Shown here: positions 54,362 to 62,006 of the stretch, piece by piece
How positions within the stretch are numbered: the stretch's first letter is position 1
Layout: each line of letters begins with the position of its first letter
Assembly: GCF_024700885.2 (NCBI RefSeq)
Contig: NZ_CP117014.1
Length of the DNA stretch: 64,000 nt
Source of the DNA: Escherichia coli
GTDB lineage: Bacteria; Pseudomonadota; Gammaproteobacteria; Enterobacterales; Enterobacteriaceae
Reading direction: 5' to 3' (one strand)
Notes under the pieces: model-generated
Told to the model about the DNA's origin: nothing
Databases searched by the model: none
What the model saw: the letters and a program-made list of their open reading frames with translations, nothing else
Program-made: the position numbers and the translations under genes

Positions 54362-54750
54362 AAAGCAACACCACGCTTTTTAACGGCGGCATTCCACAGC
54401 TTATTCGCCATGTCCACCAGCTCTCGTTGCTCTTTTCGCGCCTGTTCGACTGATTTCCTGCTACAGTTTTTAACCAGTAAACTGCCATATTCAGGGGTTC
54501 GCCCACGCACCTTGAACTGATATCCGTTCAGGCCATGCAACCAGTATTTTCGTGGGTAAACACGATCATCAAGCTCACAGATTGCCCTGCTTGAACGAAC
54601 AAAATGACGAATGATGTTAGTTACACTTACTCGTGAAACATGGAGATGAGGGTATTTTTCTTTGGCGAGAGTGGTAATTTCAGTGACTGTCAGATAGCAG
54701 TCAGCCCTGATCATGATATCCGCAATTTCTGCGCTGCTGATTTGTTCCAT
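54358..54750 (-). CDS. hypothetical protein at the position of P1 lpa (late promoter activator)
   Basis: 130 aa. It overlaps the pacA start and is preceded by an operator-like dyad. The assignment is by synteny only. Confidence 0.4.
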   Translation of the reverse strand: MEQISSAEIADIMIRADCYLTVTEITTLAKEKYPHLHVSRVSVTNIIRHFVRSSRAICELDDRVYPRKYWLHGLNGYQFKVRGRTPEYGSLLVKNCSRKSVEQARKEQRELVDMANKLWNAAVKKRGVAL

Positions 54751-54829
54751 TAATCCCCCGGGCAGGAAATGACCGAGGGGATGATAATGAGAATGTTAAA
54801 ACTGTATAGACTGGTAAAAAGATGAATGT

Positions 54830-54857
54830 ATTAGAAAATTAATACTAAATATCTAAT
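54830..54857. promoter_or_regulatory. operator-like dyad variant ATTAGA-N16-TCTAAT
   Basis: It has the same 16-nt spacing as the GTTAGA/TCTAAC dyads and carries a symmetric G-to-A / C-to-T change in the two half-sites. Confidence 0.45.
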
Positions 54858-54858
54858 G

Positions 54859-55251
54859 CTACCAGCTAGACAAACGAACAACATGTTTCACTTTTGCGAT
54901 CCACTGTCCGCGATAACTATTGATTACGGCCTGTGCCAGCTTCAAATTGGCTTCAAAATCAGCCTTACTACCATCAGACTCCACCAGCATTCCTCCATCT
55001 ATTTCTGGTAAACATAGATAATCCTGCTCAACCTGCAGCGGCATTGATGGCTCTCTGAATGGGGTTACTTGCTCTGCTTTCCAGCGAAATCTAACCCTTA
55101 TCCCCCTGGTGGTCATTACTAGATAGCCTGTTATAGTGCTTTTATGGCCCACATCAGTACGCGTGGCATTGCATGACTCGATCTTACAGTTAGCGATAGA
55201 CCACTCCATATTGGTGGCCTGTTGAGTGCTTAATTTGGTAGTCCCGTACAT
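54859..55251 (-). CDS. hypothetical protein
   Basis: 130-aa ORF. Confidence 0.4.
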   Translation of the reverse strand: MYGTTKLSTQQATNMEWSIANCKIESCNATRTDVGHKSTITGYLVMTTRGIRVRFRWKAEQVTPFREPSMPLQVEQDYLCLPEIDGGMLVESDGSKADFEANLKLAQAVINSYRGQWIAKVKHVVRLSSW

Positions 55252-55826
55252 CAGAAAGCCTCCCAGTCAGTCGCGATAATATCCACACCAGTTGCAAACC
55301 AGTCTGTCTGCGCCTGTAAATCCCCATTCATCATTACCAGGCGAGGCATCACCATCACATCGCACCCTTCCACAATATCGAATGCCTCTTCCGGCAAGAA
55401 TTCGAAGAGCTTTTCTTTGCTGCCAATACTGCCACGGAACATCGATATATAGCTCCCTTTGGGCCATGATGTCCGCCGGGCATCAAGCCCTTTCATCATC
55501 CAGTAAAAAGCCGAGGAAAAAGGGATATTCTTTTTGCCAATGATTACATTATTCGCTTCTGTGTATTTCAGGAACTTAACTAACCTTACCATTGACTCGG
55601 ATAACGCAACGTATGGCTCATGATTGATTGCTGACACGCTTACACCGTGCAATCCAACGCTTACCACTGTCATATCGCCGCTCTGTGCGGTTTCGATATT
55701 GACGCCTTTGCGAACTAATGAGGCGTAAATTTCCTCTCGCTTTTGGGTCCAGCGTTCACGCTTCCCTATGAAGTCACTCAAAATGAGATCTTCTTCTGTA
55801 TATGCGTTATCGTTCGCCATTAACAT
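55251..55826 (-). CDS. second DUF2829-like protein with N-terminal extension
   Basis: The C-terminal half (FSSAFYWMMKGLDARRTSWPKGSYISMF...MPRLVMMNGDLQAQTDWFATGVDIIATDWEAF) fits the same F..A...G...R.sW ... W....D..A.DW pattern. Confidence 0.45.
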   Translation of the reverse strand: MLMANDNAYTEEDLILSDFIGKRERWTQKREEIYASLVRKGVNIETAQSGDMTVVSVGLHGVSVSAINHEPYVALSESMVRLVKFLKYTEANNVIIGKKNIPFSSAFYWMMKGLDARRTSWPKGSYISMFRGSIGSKEKLFEFLPEEAFDIVEGCDVMVMPRLVMMNGDLQAQTDWFATGVDIIATDWEAF

Positions 55827-56048
55827 AACGTTTCCTTTTTTACACGCGCGACTATCCCCCGGAAGTACCGGTAGTGATGTCGTAACTTCGTATTAATTAA
55901 GGGGTACAGCCTGAGCGGCTATATGATGAATTGAAAGGAGTTGTGGCGGTGGTGCCTCCACCTGCCAGGTTAGCCACTCCTGGCGACGTCACTTATCAGA
56001 ACGTAGTGAATGAAAATGGCTTCGTCACGAGCGCATAGCCGCAATTAC

Positions 56049-56096
56049 CACAACGGAAACGGCGCTCACGCTAATTAAACGCCTTTTCCTGTTGTG
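56049..56096. repeat. box-hairpin element A
   Basis: CACAACGGAAACGGCG / CGCCTTTTCCTGTTGTG: 15 bp with one bulge and one mismatch, and a 15-nt loop. The left arm is preceded by GCAATTAC. Confidence 0.5.
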
Positions 56097-56280
56097 CGCC
56101 GTGCTCTTCCGGCTGTCACACCGAATCGCCAGGATGGTGAATCCGCAGTCCGACGCTATGAACGGGGCTTGCACATTCCGGCTACCTGGTGTGCCCATGC
56201 AGTGTTAGTAAAAGGTACCTAACAGCTACACCAGACCGCTAACGACGCATGTGCCATACGCCGTGTTACAACCAAATGTG

Positions 56281-56356
56281 GTGGCCCCTACCGGACTTGA
56301 ACCGGTGACCGTGCGATTATGAGTCGCCCGCTCTAACCACTGAGCTAAAGGGCCAG
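56281..56356 (-). tRNA. tRNA-Ile2 (anticodon CAU, lysidine type) or Met
   Basis: GGCCCTTTAGCTCAGTGGTTAGAGCGGGCGACTCATAATCGCACGGTCACCGGTTCAAGTCCGGTAGGGGCCACCA forms a cloverleaf. From memory it is close to E. coli ileX. CCA is encoded. Confidence 0.85.
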
Positions 56357-56785
56357 ATTACTGTTAATTACGCTTACGCTTTTTGCCAGAACCGCGTAAG
56401 GCTTTTGCCGCTTGCTCTACCCCGTATGCAACCACCAGCAGAAACAATAATGTCCACTCCGGGTTTTTATCGGCAAACGCCCAAAAATCCATCACTTGCA
56501 GCCACCTTTTAAGACAAAACGCCATTGCTGTTAGGTTGCGGTGCCGGGCGCCTCCCGGTGACGTTAACCAGTTAACAATTAACGCCGGATCACTTATGGA
56601 TTCTCGTTACGCCAGTAAAAAGACCACCTTTACTGTTTTAACTGTTCCGCGTGCGCTTAGCCGCATTCACCGCAATGGTAAGAGCATTTGGCTGACTGGG
56701 CGGCGATGACGCCTGTACGCATTTGGTGATCCGGTTCTGCTTCCGGCATTCGCTTAATTAGCCAAATACCCTTAATGTTGCACTG

Positions 56786-56872
56786 GCGGAGAGTAATGGA
56801 ATCGAACCATCATCGCTTGCGCAATGGGACGGTTTTCAAGACCGCTTGAGCACCATGCTCCCTACTCTCCCG
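56786..56872 (-). tRNA. tRNA-Ser (anticodon UGA), class II with atypical D arm
   Basis: Acceptor GGAGAGT/ACTCTCC, discriminator G and CCA. Anticodon stem-loop GCGGT-CTTGAAA-ACCGT. Long variable arm and T arm GATGG-TTCGATT-CCATT. The D arm (GAGC-ATGGT-GCTC) lacks the GG. Confidence 0.65.
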
Positions 56873-57002
56873 TTATTGTGGCGACCGGTGCTGATCTCCG
56901 GCTTGCGGTTATTTCAGACTCTCACGGGCGTTTAATTGCCCCGCCGAACAGCTCTTTTCCGCAATAGCTGCAATGTCTTTCGCGCATCAGCCTGCGCATT
57001 CA

Positions 57003-57102
57003 CCACAATGTTGAGAACACTGGTTGTCACGCTGCAACGCAACATTTATTCGTAGATTGGGATATGACCCCGTTACGCCAGTGTTCTCAACGTTGTAGTG
57101 CC
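57003..57102. repeat. box-hairpin element B
   Basis: CACCACAATGTTGAGAACACTGG / CCAGTGTTCTCAACGTTGTAGTG: 23 positions (21 Watson-Crick pairs, 1 GU, 1 mismatch) with a 54-nt loop. Confidence 0.55.
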
Positions 57103-57238
57103 GGTTACGGTTCCGGCCAGACCTCTTCCTCAACGGGGTGTTCTCCATACGGACTACCGTTTATTGGTCGTTCCTGCGGTTTATGTTGTGAAGCCAGATG
57201 CTTATCTTCTGGTTGCTTCAAAGAGCTGCACTTCATCA

Positions 57239-57325
57239 CAACGGTAAGAGCATTTATGGCTCGCATCGCGGGAAAAAGCCCACGGTAGAGAGTCGAACTC
57301 TACAAATGCTCTTACCTGTTGTGTT
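57239..57325. repeat. box-hairpin element C containing a T-arm-like hairpin; abuts the tRNA-Thr 3' end
   Basis: The outer stem is CACAACGGTAAGAGCATTT / AAATGCTCTTACCTGTTGTG (19 bp, 1 bulge). On the minus strand the inner region reads GTAGAG-TTCGACT-CTCTAC, then CGTGGG-CTTTTT-CCCGCG. Confidence 0.55.
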
Positions 57326-57326
57326 G

Positions 57327-57402
57327 GTGCCGGTTAACGGGATCGAACCGCTGACCATTCGCTTACAAAGCGACTGCTCTACCAACTGAGCTAAACCGGC
57401 AA
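57327..57402 (-). tRNA. tRNA-Thr (anticodon UGU)
   Basis: GCCGGTTTAGCTCAGTTGGTAGAGCAGTCGCTTTGTAAGCGAATGGTCAGCGGTTCGATCCCGTTAACCGGCACCA; the anticodon loop is TTTGTAA. Confidence 0.85.
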
Positions 57403-57406
57403 TTTG

Positions 57407-57493
57407 GTGGGGAGTGATGGAGTCGAACCACCCGAGTCGCAATGACAGTAGATTTACAGTCTACCCCGCTACCCCTACGGACTAACTCCCCTA
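57407..57493 (-). tRNA. tRNA-Tyr (anticodon GUA), class II
   Basis: GGGGAGT...GTAGA-CTGTAAA-TCTAC, a long variable arm, T arm GGTGG-TTCGACT-CCATC, acceptor 3' strand ACTCCCC, discriminator A and CCA. Confidence 0.8.
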
Positions 57494-57498
57494 AATTG

Positions 57499-57575
57499 GC
57501 GATGGTGGGTGGATTCGAACCACCTACCGAAAGCTTAGAAGGCTGCTGTTCTATCCTACTGAGCTACACCATCAC
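57499..57575 (-). tRNA. tRNA-Arg (anticodon UCU)
   Basis: Acceptor GATGGTG/CACCATC, discriminator G and CCA. The anticodon loop is CTTCTAA and the T arm GGTGG-TTCGAAT-CCACC. Both the anticodon stem and the D stem contain mismatches. Confidence 0.7.
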
Positions 57576-58036
57576 TTGCCGGGTACGTCTCCGGCGAGGG
57601 CTTCCACCTCCGTATGCTTTTCGGCGCACCGCGCCCTGGCTGCAATTCGGTAACAGGGGATGCACAACCCTGGCTTCCAGCGTGATTAGCGCCTTCAGCA
57701 TGACGGGATATACCCGTTACAAGAAGTTCTCCCAGGATGCCATTAAGCAATGGCTGTTACGCGGGAAGGACGCAACAGGTAAGGGCGCTGACCAGAAAGA
57801 CCTGACCCTTCTCATTCATCTGGTTAATCACACCAGCGCCCTTGCCTGTTATGCCTCCCCGTTCCCTAATACACAGACGGGGACACTCTGCGGTCGATTT
57901 TTTTGACGGGGGACGACTCATACCCCGTGGCGTCTGGCTTCTTAGGCCGCTACCATCATCAGATCATCGTTTGCATTTACTTTAATGGTCAGTTTCTAAA
58001 CCGCCGCAAAGTCGCTAACCATGACGAAAACCCTAA

Positions 58037-58158
58037 AAAAGCCCACCCGAAGATGGGCAAATACGCTACATCTCACACAAGAAAGAAGCCGACTGCCTGA
58101 GCTGGATTCACTTTCAAATGCCCGCTGAAAGGGATCACAAGTCGGCTTCTTTCTTGAT
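58037..58158 (-). ncRNA. candidate small-RNA 3' module: 17-bp hairpin plus rho-independent terminator
   Basis: On the minus strand, CAAGAAAGAAGCCGACT (58158-58142) pairs perfectly with 58096-58080 across a 45-nt loop. GCCCA-tcttcggg-TGGGC plus TTTTTT follows at 58060-58037. Confidence 0.35.
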
Positions 58159-58374
58159 GCGGCACTCTCTCCGCCCGTCACCGCTCTGTCTCGGTTGTCG
58201 CGTTTGCCACGCCAGCCGTAACGAGGTTTAAAGTCTTTACACGTTTCCATCACTCGACTGCCGTCTGTGGCTGTTCGTTGCAGCGGGGGTGCCTCCCCCT
58301 GGGGATATCCCCGGCCTTACCCCATTCTTTCAAGACACAATGCAAGGCCACATCCGCATAGGTGCATTACCGCA

Positions 58375-58439
58375 ACATTAAGGAGACTCAGGGCAAAAGG
58401 TAACCGCCACAAAAATCCCTATGCCTCCTTAATGTTGAA
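58375..58439. repeat. box-hairpin element E
   Basis: CAACATTAAGGAG / CTCCTTAATGTTG: a perfect 13-bp stem with a 39-nt loop. The left arm is preceded by GCATTACCG, as in the other boxes. Confidence 0.5.
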
Positions 58440-58667
58440 GATGTGCATTGATGATTAGATGCAGCATGTACCGTTACTCTCTGCCGGACCATCATCAATG
58501 AACACCTTAAAAAGACCTTCCGTGGCTCAACATGTATTGTCGTTTACTCCGCAAAGTGCTCTCTCTGAAACCACTTTCCGCACTAAACCTGCTGAACTTT
58601 GGCCTGCACGGTGCCAAAGCGTGCTCTTGCATTACTATACATTTCTAACACTTTAATTTGTTAAATG

Positions 58668-58741
58668 CTGGTGGGCGAACAATAACCAATAAGTGACTAT
58701 CAAGCCCAGCAAGCGAAACGTGGGTACCGCCCACCAGCAAG
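58668..58741. repeat. long hairpin
   Basis: TGCTGGTGGGCG / CGCCCACCAGCA: a perfect 12-bp stem with a 50-nt loop. Confidence 0.45.
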
Positions 58742-58808
58742 GAAAATTCTATGTTAAGTTATCTTCACAATCAATACATTCGAATTGTGATTTTAGATTT
58801 CTAACACA

Positions 58809-60017
58809 TTATTTCCCATAAAGATCTTCTACACCCCCATTCTTCTTATCCCATTCGTTCGCCCATACCCGGCAAGCGTCAATGATTTCCTGACGACGAT
58901 CTCCTTGCATGAACGGGATGCTTTCATGGAAACAGCTTGGAATGCAGGCCACACTGAATACAGTATCAAACTCCGTCTGCTTGATTGCCTCCAGCGTCTC
59001 CGGACGCATTTTTAATTCATCGATTGGCGCATCCTTAGAGTCCATAATCCGGCGATATAAGCGCGGAAAATCCGTCTCCAGATACGCCATAATTTTATCT
59101 GCGAGACATTCGTCTATGTCGGTATTCCAGTCCTTTTCGAAGCCCGGCAGGCGATAGTAAAGCGGCGTTCCCCATACCGATGGGATCACATCCATCGTTA
59201 ACAGGCGATTGGTTCTGATTTGTTGATGGTAATTAGCCGTCAGCAGTGCTTCGCCACGCTGCCCAGTTTCCGCAACCAGGCCGTGCGGATACTCATGGAT
59301 GTAGGCAATGGCATCCCTTCCATCATACATAAGTGGAAATGTCTCTGGTCTTTGTCCCATGCCACAAGCACGGTTCAGATCGTGACCAAGCTGTGAGCAC
59401 TCTCGCTTTAATGTTTCGATAATGCTCTGCGCTGTAGCCAACTTTTTACGCAGTGTGACGCCTTCGCCTTGATAATCAATGCATTGCTGATTGAGCTTGG
59501 TTAAACGCTCTTTTAGTTCCCGGCGCTCTCTTTTCAGCGTGCGGTTATCCTTCTCCGCAACATCCAGCCGCTTTGTCAGGCTTGGCGGATAGTCTTTTTT
59601 GTAACGGTTCAAATCGGCTTCGGCAGATTTACGCAGTGTATTTGCCTGTTCAAGACGCGCTTCCAGATTGCCGATCTCATTACGCATATTCGCGGCAAAT
59701 TGATTAACTGCATCACCCAGGCTTTCAACTGTCGCTGATACGCCTGTGACTTGTGAAAAACGGATCAAGCCATCATTAACTGCTTGTTGGTATTCCTCAA
59801 ACTGATCCACCAGCTTATTGTAATCAACTGCCCCATCATCAAGCAGCTTGTTGATTTCCGCCACCAGGTTATCTGTAGTGGCAATGACACTCTCGTGCAG
59901 TCGCTTTGACAGGTCATCACCCGGATTCCGTTTCTGTATAAGAGCGATTTGTGTGCGCAGCGTTTCAATTGCTGTCGAGATAATTTCCAGATTAGAAGTA
60001 TCAGTGTGTTGACTCAT
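58809..60017 (-). CDS. hypothetical protein, N-terminal coiled coil
   Basis: 402-aa ORF. Operator-like boxes lie on both sides (58791-58809 and 60041-60056). Confidence 0.45.
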   Translation of the reverse strand: MSQHTDTSNLEIISTAIETLRTQIALIQKRNPGDDLSKRLHESVIATTDNLVAEINKLLDDGAVDYNKLVDQFEEYQQAVNDGLIRFSQVTGVSATVESLGDAVNQFAANMRNEIGNLEARLEQANTLRKSAEADLNRYKKDYPPSLTKRLDVAEKDNRTLKRERRELKERLTKLNQQCIDYQGEGVTLRKKLATAQSIIETLKRECSQLGHDLNRACGMGQRPETFPLMYDGRDAIAYIHEYPHGLVAETGQRGEALLTANYHQQIRTNRLLTMDVIPSVWGTPLYYRLPGFEKDWNTDIDECLADKIMAYLETDFPRLYRRIMDSKDAPIDELKMRPETLEAIKQTEFDTVFSVACIPSCFHESIPFMQGDRRQEIIDACRVWANEWDKKNGGVEDLYGK

Positions 60018-60096
60018 TGCTATTCCCGTTACTTTGTTAAATTATTTTTCTAACATATTTTATTAGTTTGATGACAGTATCGAAAGATGCAATAAA

Positions 60097-60124
60097 CAAA
60101 AAACCCGCTAATTGGCGGGTTTTT
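60097..60124. terminator. bidirectional rho-independent terminator
   Basis: ACCCGC-taattg-GCGGGT flanked by an A-run and a T-run. Confidence 0.6.
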
Positions 60125-60130
60125 ATGCAA

Positions 60131-60445
60131 TTACTGTGTTGCAGCCTGATAAATAAGATACGCGATAAATACAGGTACGATGGCCCATTGCAGCAATGAA
60201 AGTAGCCTCATTACTGTTATTGGGGTAACTCCATCCACGTATTGTTTCTCTGACATTTTCCCGAACCAACTAACCGACAACAGTGCCGAGTTTTCCCCCA
60301 ATTCCAGCTCTCTGAGAGCTTCACGGATTAACGGCGCTGTCACAGCCTTAACCGGTGTGCTCAACGTGATACTCCGCGTCCTCCCCGCATCGTCAGCGAA
60401 CGCCAGACTCACATAATATTTTTTGCTCAATGTACAAACTCCCAA
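60131..60445 (-). CDS. hypothetical tail-anchored membrane protein
   Basis: 104 aa with a C-terminal TM segment (LLSLLQWAIVPVFIAYLIY). Confidence 0.4.
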   Translation of the reverse strand: MGVCTLSKKYYVSLAFADDAGRTRSITLSTPVKAVTAPLIREALRELELGENSALLSVSWFGKMSEKQYVDGVTPITVMRLLSLLQWAIVPVFIAYLIYQAATQ

Positions 60446-60627
60446 TCATCAGCGCTTGCACTTTCCGGGGTTATGTGAACCTTATCGCCAGTAACAATAT
60501 TGCGAGCTTCAAAACTTCCATTGATACGTTTCGAGATCTCAATACATAGAGCCTGCTGCCATGAGCGACGACGAGCGATAGCATTAGTTCCTGCAGGGAT
60601 AAGTTCTGCCACGTTAAGTAACCGCAA
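60427..60627 (-). CDS. hypothetical protein
   Basis: 66-aa ORF overlapping the downstream start. Confidence 0.3.
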   Translation of the reverse strand: MRLLNVAELIPAGTNAIARRRSWQQALCIEISKRINGSFEARNIVTGDKVHITPESASADDWEFVH

Positions 60628-60641
60628 AACGATTTCTCCGT

Positions 60642-61136
60642 TTAATCAAGACAAACATACTCCGTGATAGCTTTTATGGCTTCAGCGGCACTGCGCGCCT
60701 CAAAGCAGTAGTAACCGGCTTCTGTGAGGCGAGTCATCCAGACGAGTTGTTCGGGAGTCAGGCGATTTCTCCCATGTTTCATCTCAATGCGCATTCCGTG
60801 GTATCCCCCACAAGCAAGGTCTATAGAAAGATCGGGATATCCCTTCTTTTGGCCCTCTGCCACCATTTTTATTGCCGTCCTTATGCCTCGCAGGCCACCG
60901 TTTGGAGTGGCGTGAGTATGCTCATACACATAACGCATATTGCGATACATCCAGTCCAGGACGCGAACCTGCTCGTAATGCTCATGGTTCCTTTTGATTA
61001 GATCTGGGTTTTTCTCCAGTTCTCTAAGAGCTGCGGCATGTGGGGATGTTTCAGAATATTCACTGCGACGCCTTCTCTTTCGCGCTATTTTTCTAACACA
61101 CCCATTGATAGTAAATATGCGAAATAATAACAACAA
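60642..61136 (-). CDS. VRR-NUC domain nuclease
   Basis: ATPNGGLRG..KKGYPDLSIDL..GMRIEMKHGRNRLTPEQLVWMTRLTEAGYYCFEARSAAEA fits VRR-NUC. The true start is probably internal, because an operator-like box (61086-61099) lies within the 5' end of the track ORF. Confidence 0.6.
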   Translation of the reverse strand: MLLLFRIFTINGCVRKIARKRRRRSEYSETSPHAAALRELEKNPDLIKRNHEHYEQVRVLDWMYRNMRYVYEHTHATPNGGLRGIRTAIKMVAEGQKKGYPDLSIDLACGGYHGMRIEMKHGRNRLTPEQLVWMTRLTEAGYYCFEARSAAEAIKAITEYVCLD

Positions 61137-61272
61137 CGTTAGATTTGTAAAACAAGAGAGATACTACTCAAGGATGGTCTATATGCAACAGGTCGGATTT
61201 GCTTTTAGAGTAAAGAGTGACCTTAATCAACAAGGAGGGTAAATCGCATGGCATTTACCCAACCTGTTATTT

Positions 61273-61533
61273 TTAAAGGGTTATTTTATCCTGTTCGGAT
61301 AATTCTTTGATTGTCTTGTCGATTGCGATCAACCAACCTTCATAGGTTAAATCATCAACAAGTTCTACCAACTTATCATCGGTGTGAGGAAAGTATATCC
61401 AGCTCCAGTTCGCAGGGTTTTCTGCTTTTCGCAGCGTAAAAACCTTCTTGTATCGGTGGAACTCAAGGATATACCCCTTCGATATGGAATATTCCTTTAG
61501 GTCTTCGACCGTAAACCTACGATTCTTTCGCAT
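61273..61533 (-). CDS. hypothetical protein
   Basis: 86-aa ORF, 2 nt after the upstream gene. Confidence 0.35.
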   Translation of the reverse strand: MRKNRRFTVEDLKEYSISKGYILEFHRYKKVFTLRKAENPANWSWIYFPHTDDKLVELVDDLTYEGWLIAIDKTIKELSEQDKITL

Positions 61534-61535
61534 GG

Positions 61536-61970
61536 CTACCCCATAATTCGATATTTCTCTATAGACTCGTCGTAACTTGTGTACACGTATGGCTCTGTAT
61601 CATCGGCATAAGGTGCGACTTCCAGAGCATGAACAGGATTGTATACCGCGTCATTTTCCAGGCGATCGCTCGAATACAGATGCCCAGCCAAAACCGTAAG
61701 CGCCGGGCGACTCATTTTGTAGATCTCTGCCACATCACTATCTACAACTTGTCCAAATGATATGTCGCCGCGCTCCAGCAATAACGTTTTAAGCGCAGGC
61801 CACCACGGCCCATAAAGGTGATAAAGCTGTGGATCTCGTTTCAGCCTTTCCACCATGCCATTCAGATATGCATCCAGAAACGCCTCTTCACTCCTGCCAT
61901 TGAGCGCCTGCGGCAAAATGTCCTCAAGGTAGGATTCCGTCGGTTTTACAGTGTCAATTAATGTCGTCAT
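61536..61970 (-). CDS. hypothetical protein
   Basis: 144-aa ORF. Confidence 0.4.
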   Translation of the reverse strand: MTTLIDTVKPTESYLEDILPQALNGRSEEAFLDAYLNGMVERLKRDPQLYHLYGPWWPALKTLLLERGDISFGQVVDSDVAEIYKMSRPALTVLAGHLYSSDRLENDAVYNPVHALEVAPYADDTEPYVYTSYDESIEKYRIMG

Positions 61971-62006
61971 TCAAATTCGGCCCCAGTTGGGGCCGCTCCT
62001 TATCTG

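Noticed and set aside
57258-57305. Sixth tRNA gene, or a circularly permuted tRNA, in element C
   Set aside because: A T-arm-like hairpin and an acceptor-like stem are present. However, no D arm or anticodon arm can be placed in canonical order, and the 5' acceptor strand is missing. I report it as a tRNA-like element only.
57442-57906. 154-aa plus-strand ORF, together with the 56383-56709 and 57064-57288 ORFs
   Set aside because: They run antisense through the tRNA genes and hairpin elements. They have no RBS and an implausible composition.
57996-58253. 85-aa minus-strand ORF in the noncoding segment
   Set aside because: It reads through the 17-bp hairpin and the terminator. It has no RBS.
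55830-58808. CRISPR array or retron msr/msd
   Set aside because: The repeats are not regularly spaced direct repeats with unique spacers. No cas genes or reverse transcriptase are present in the window.
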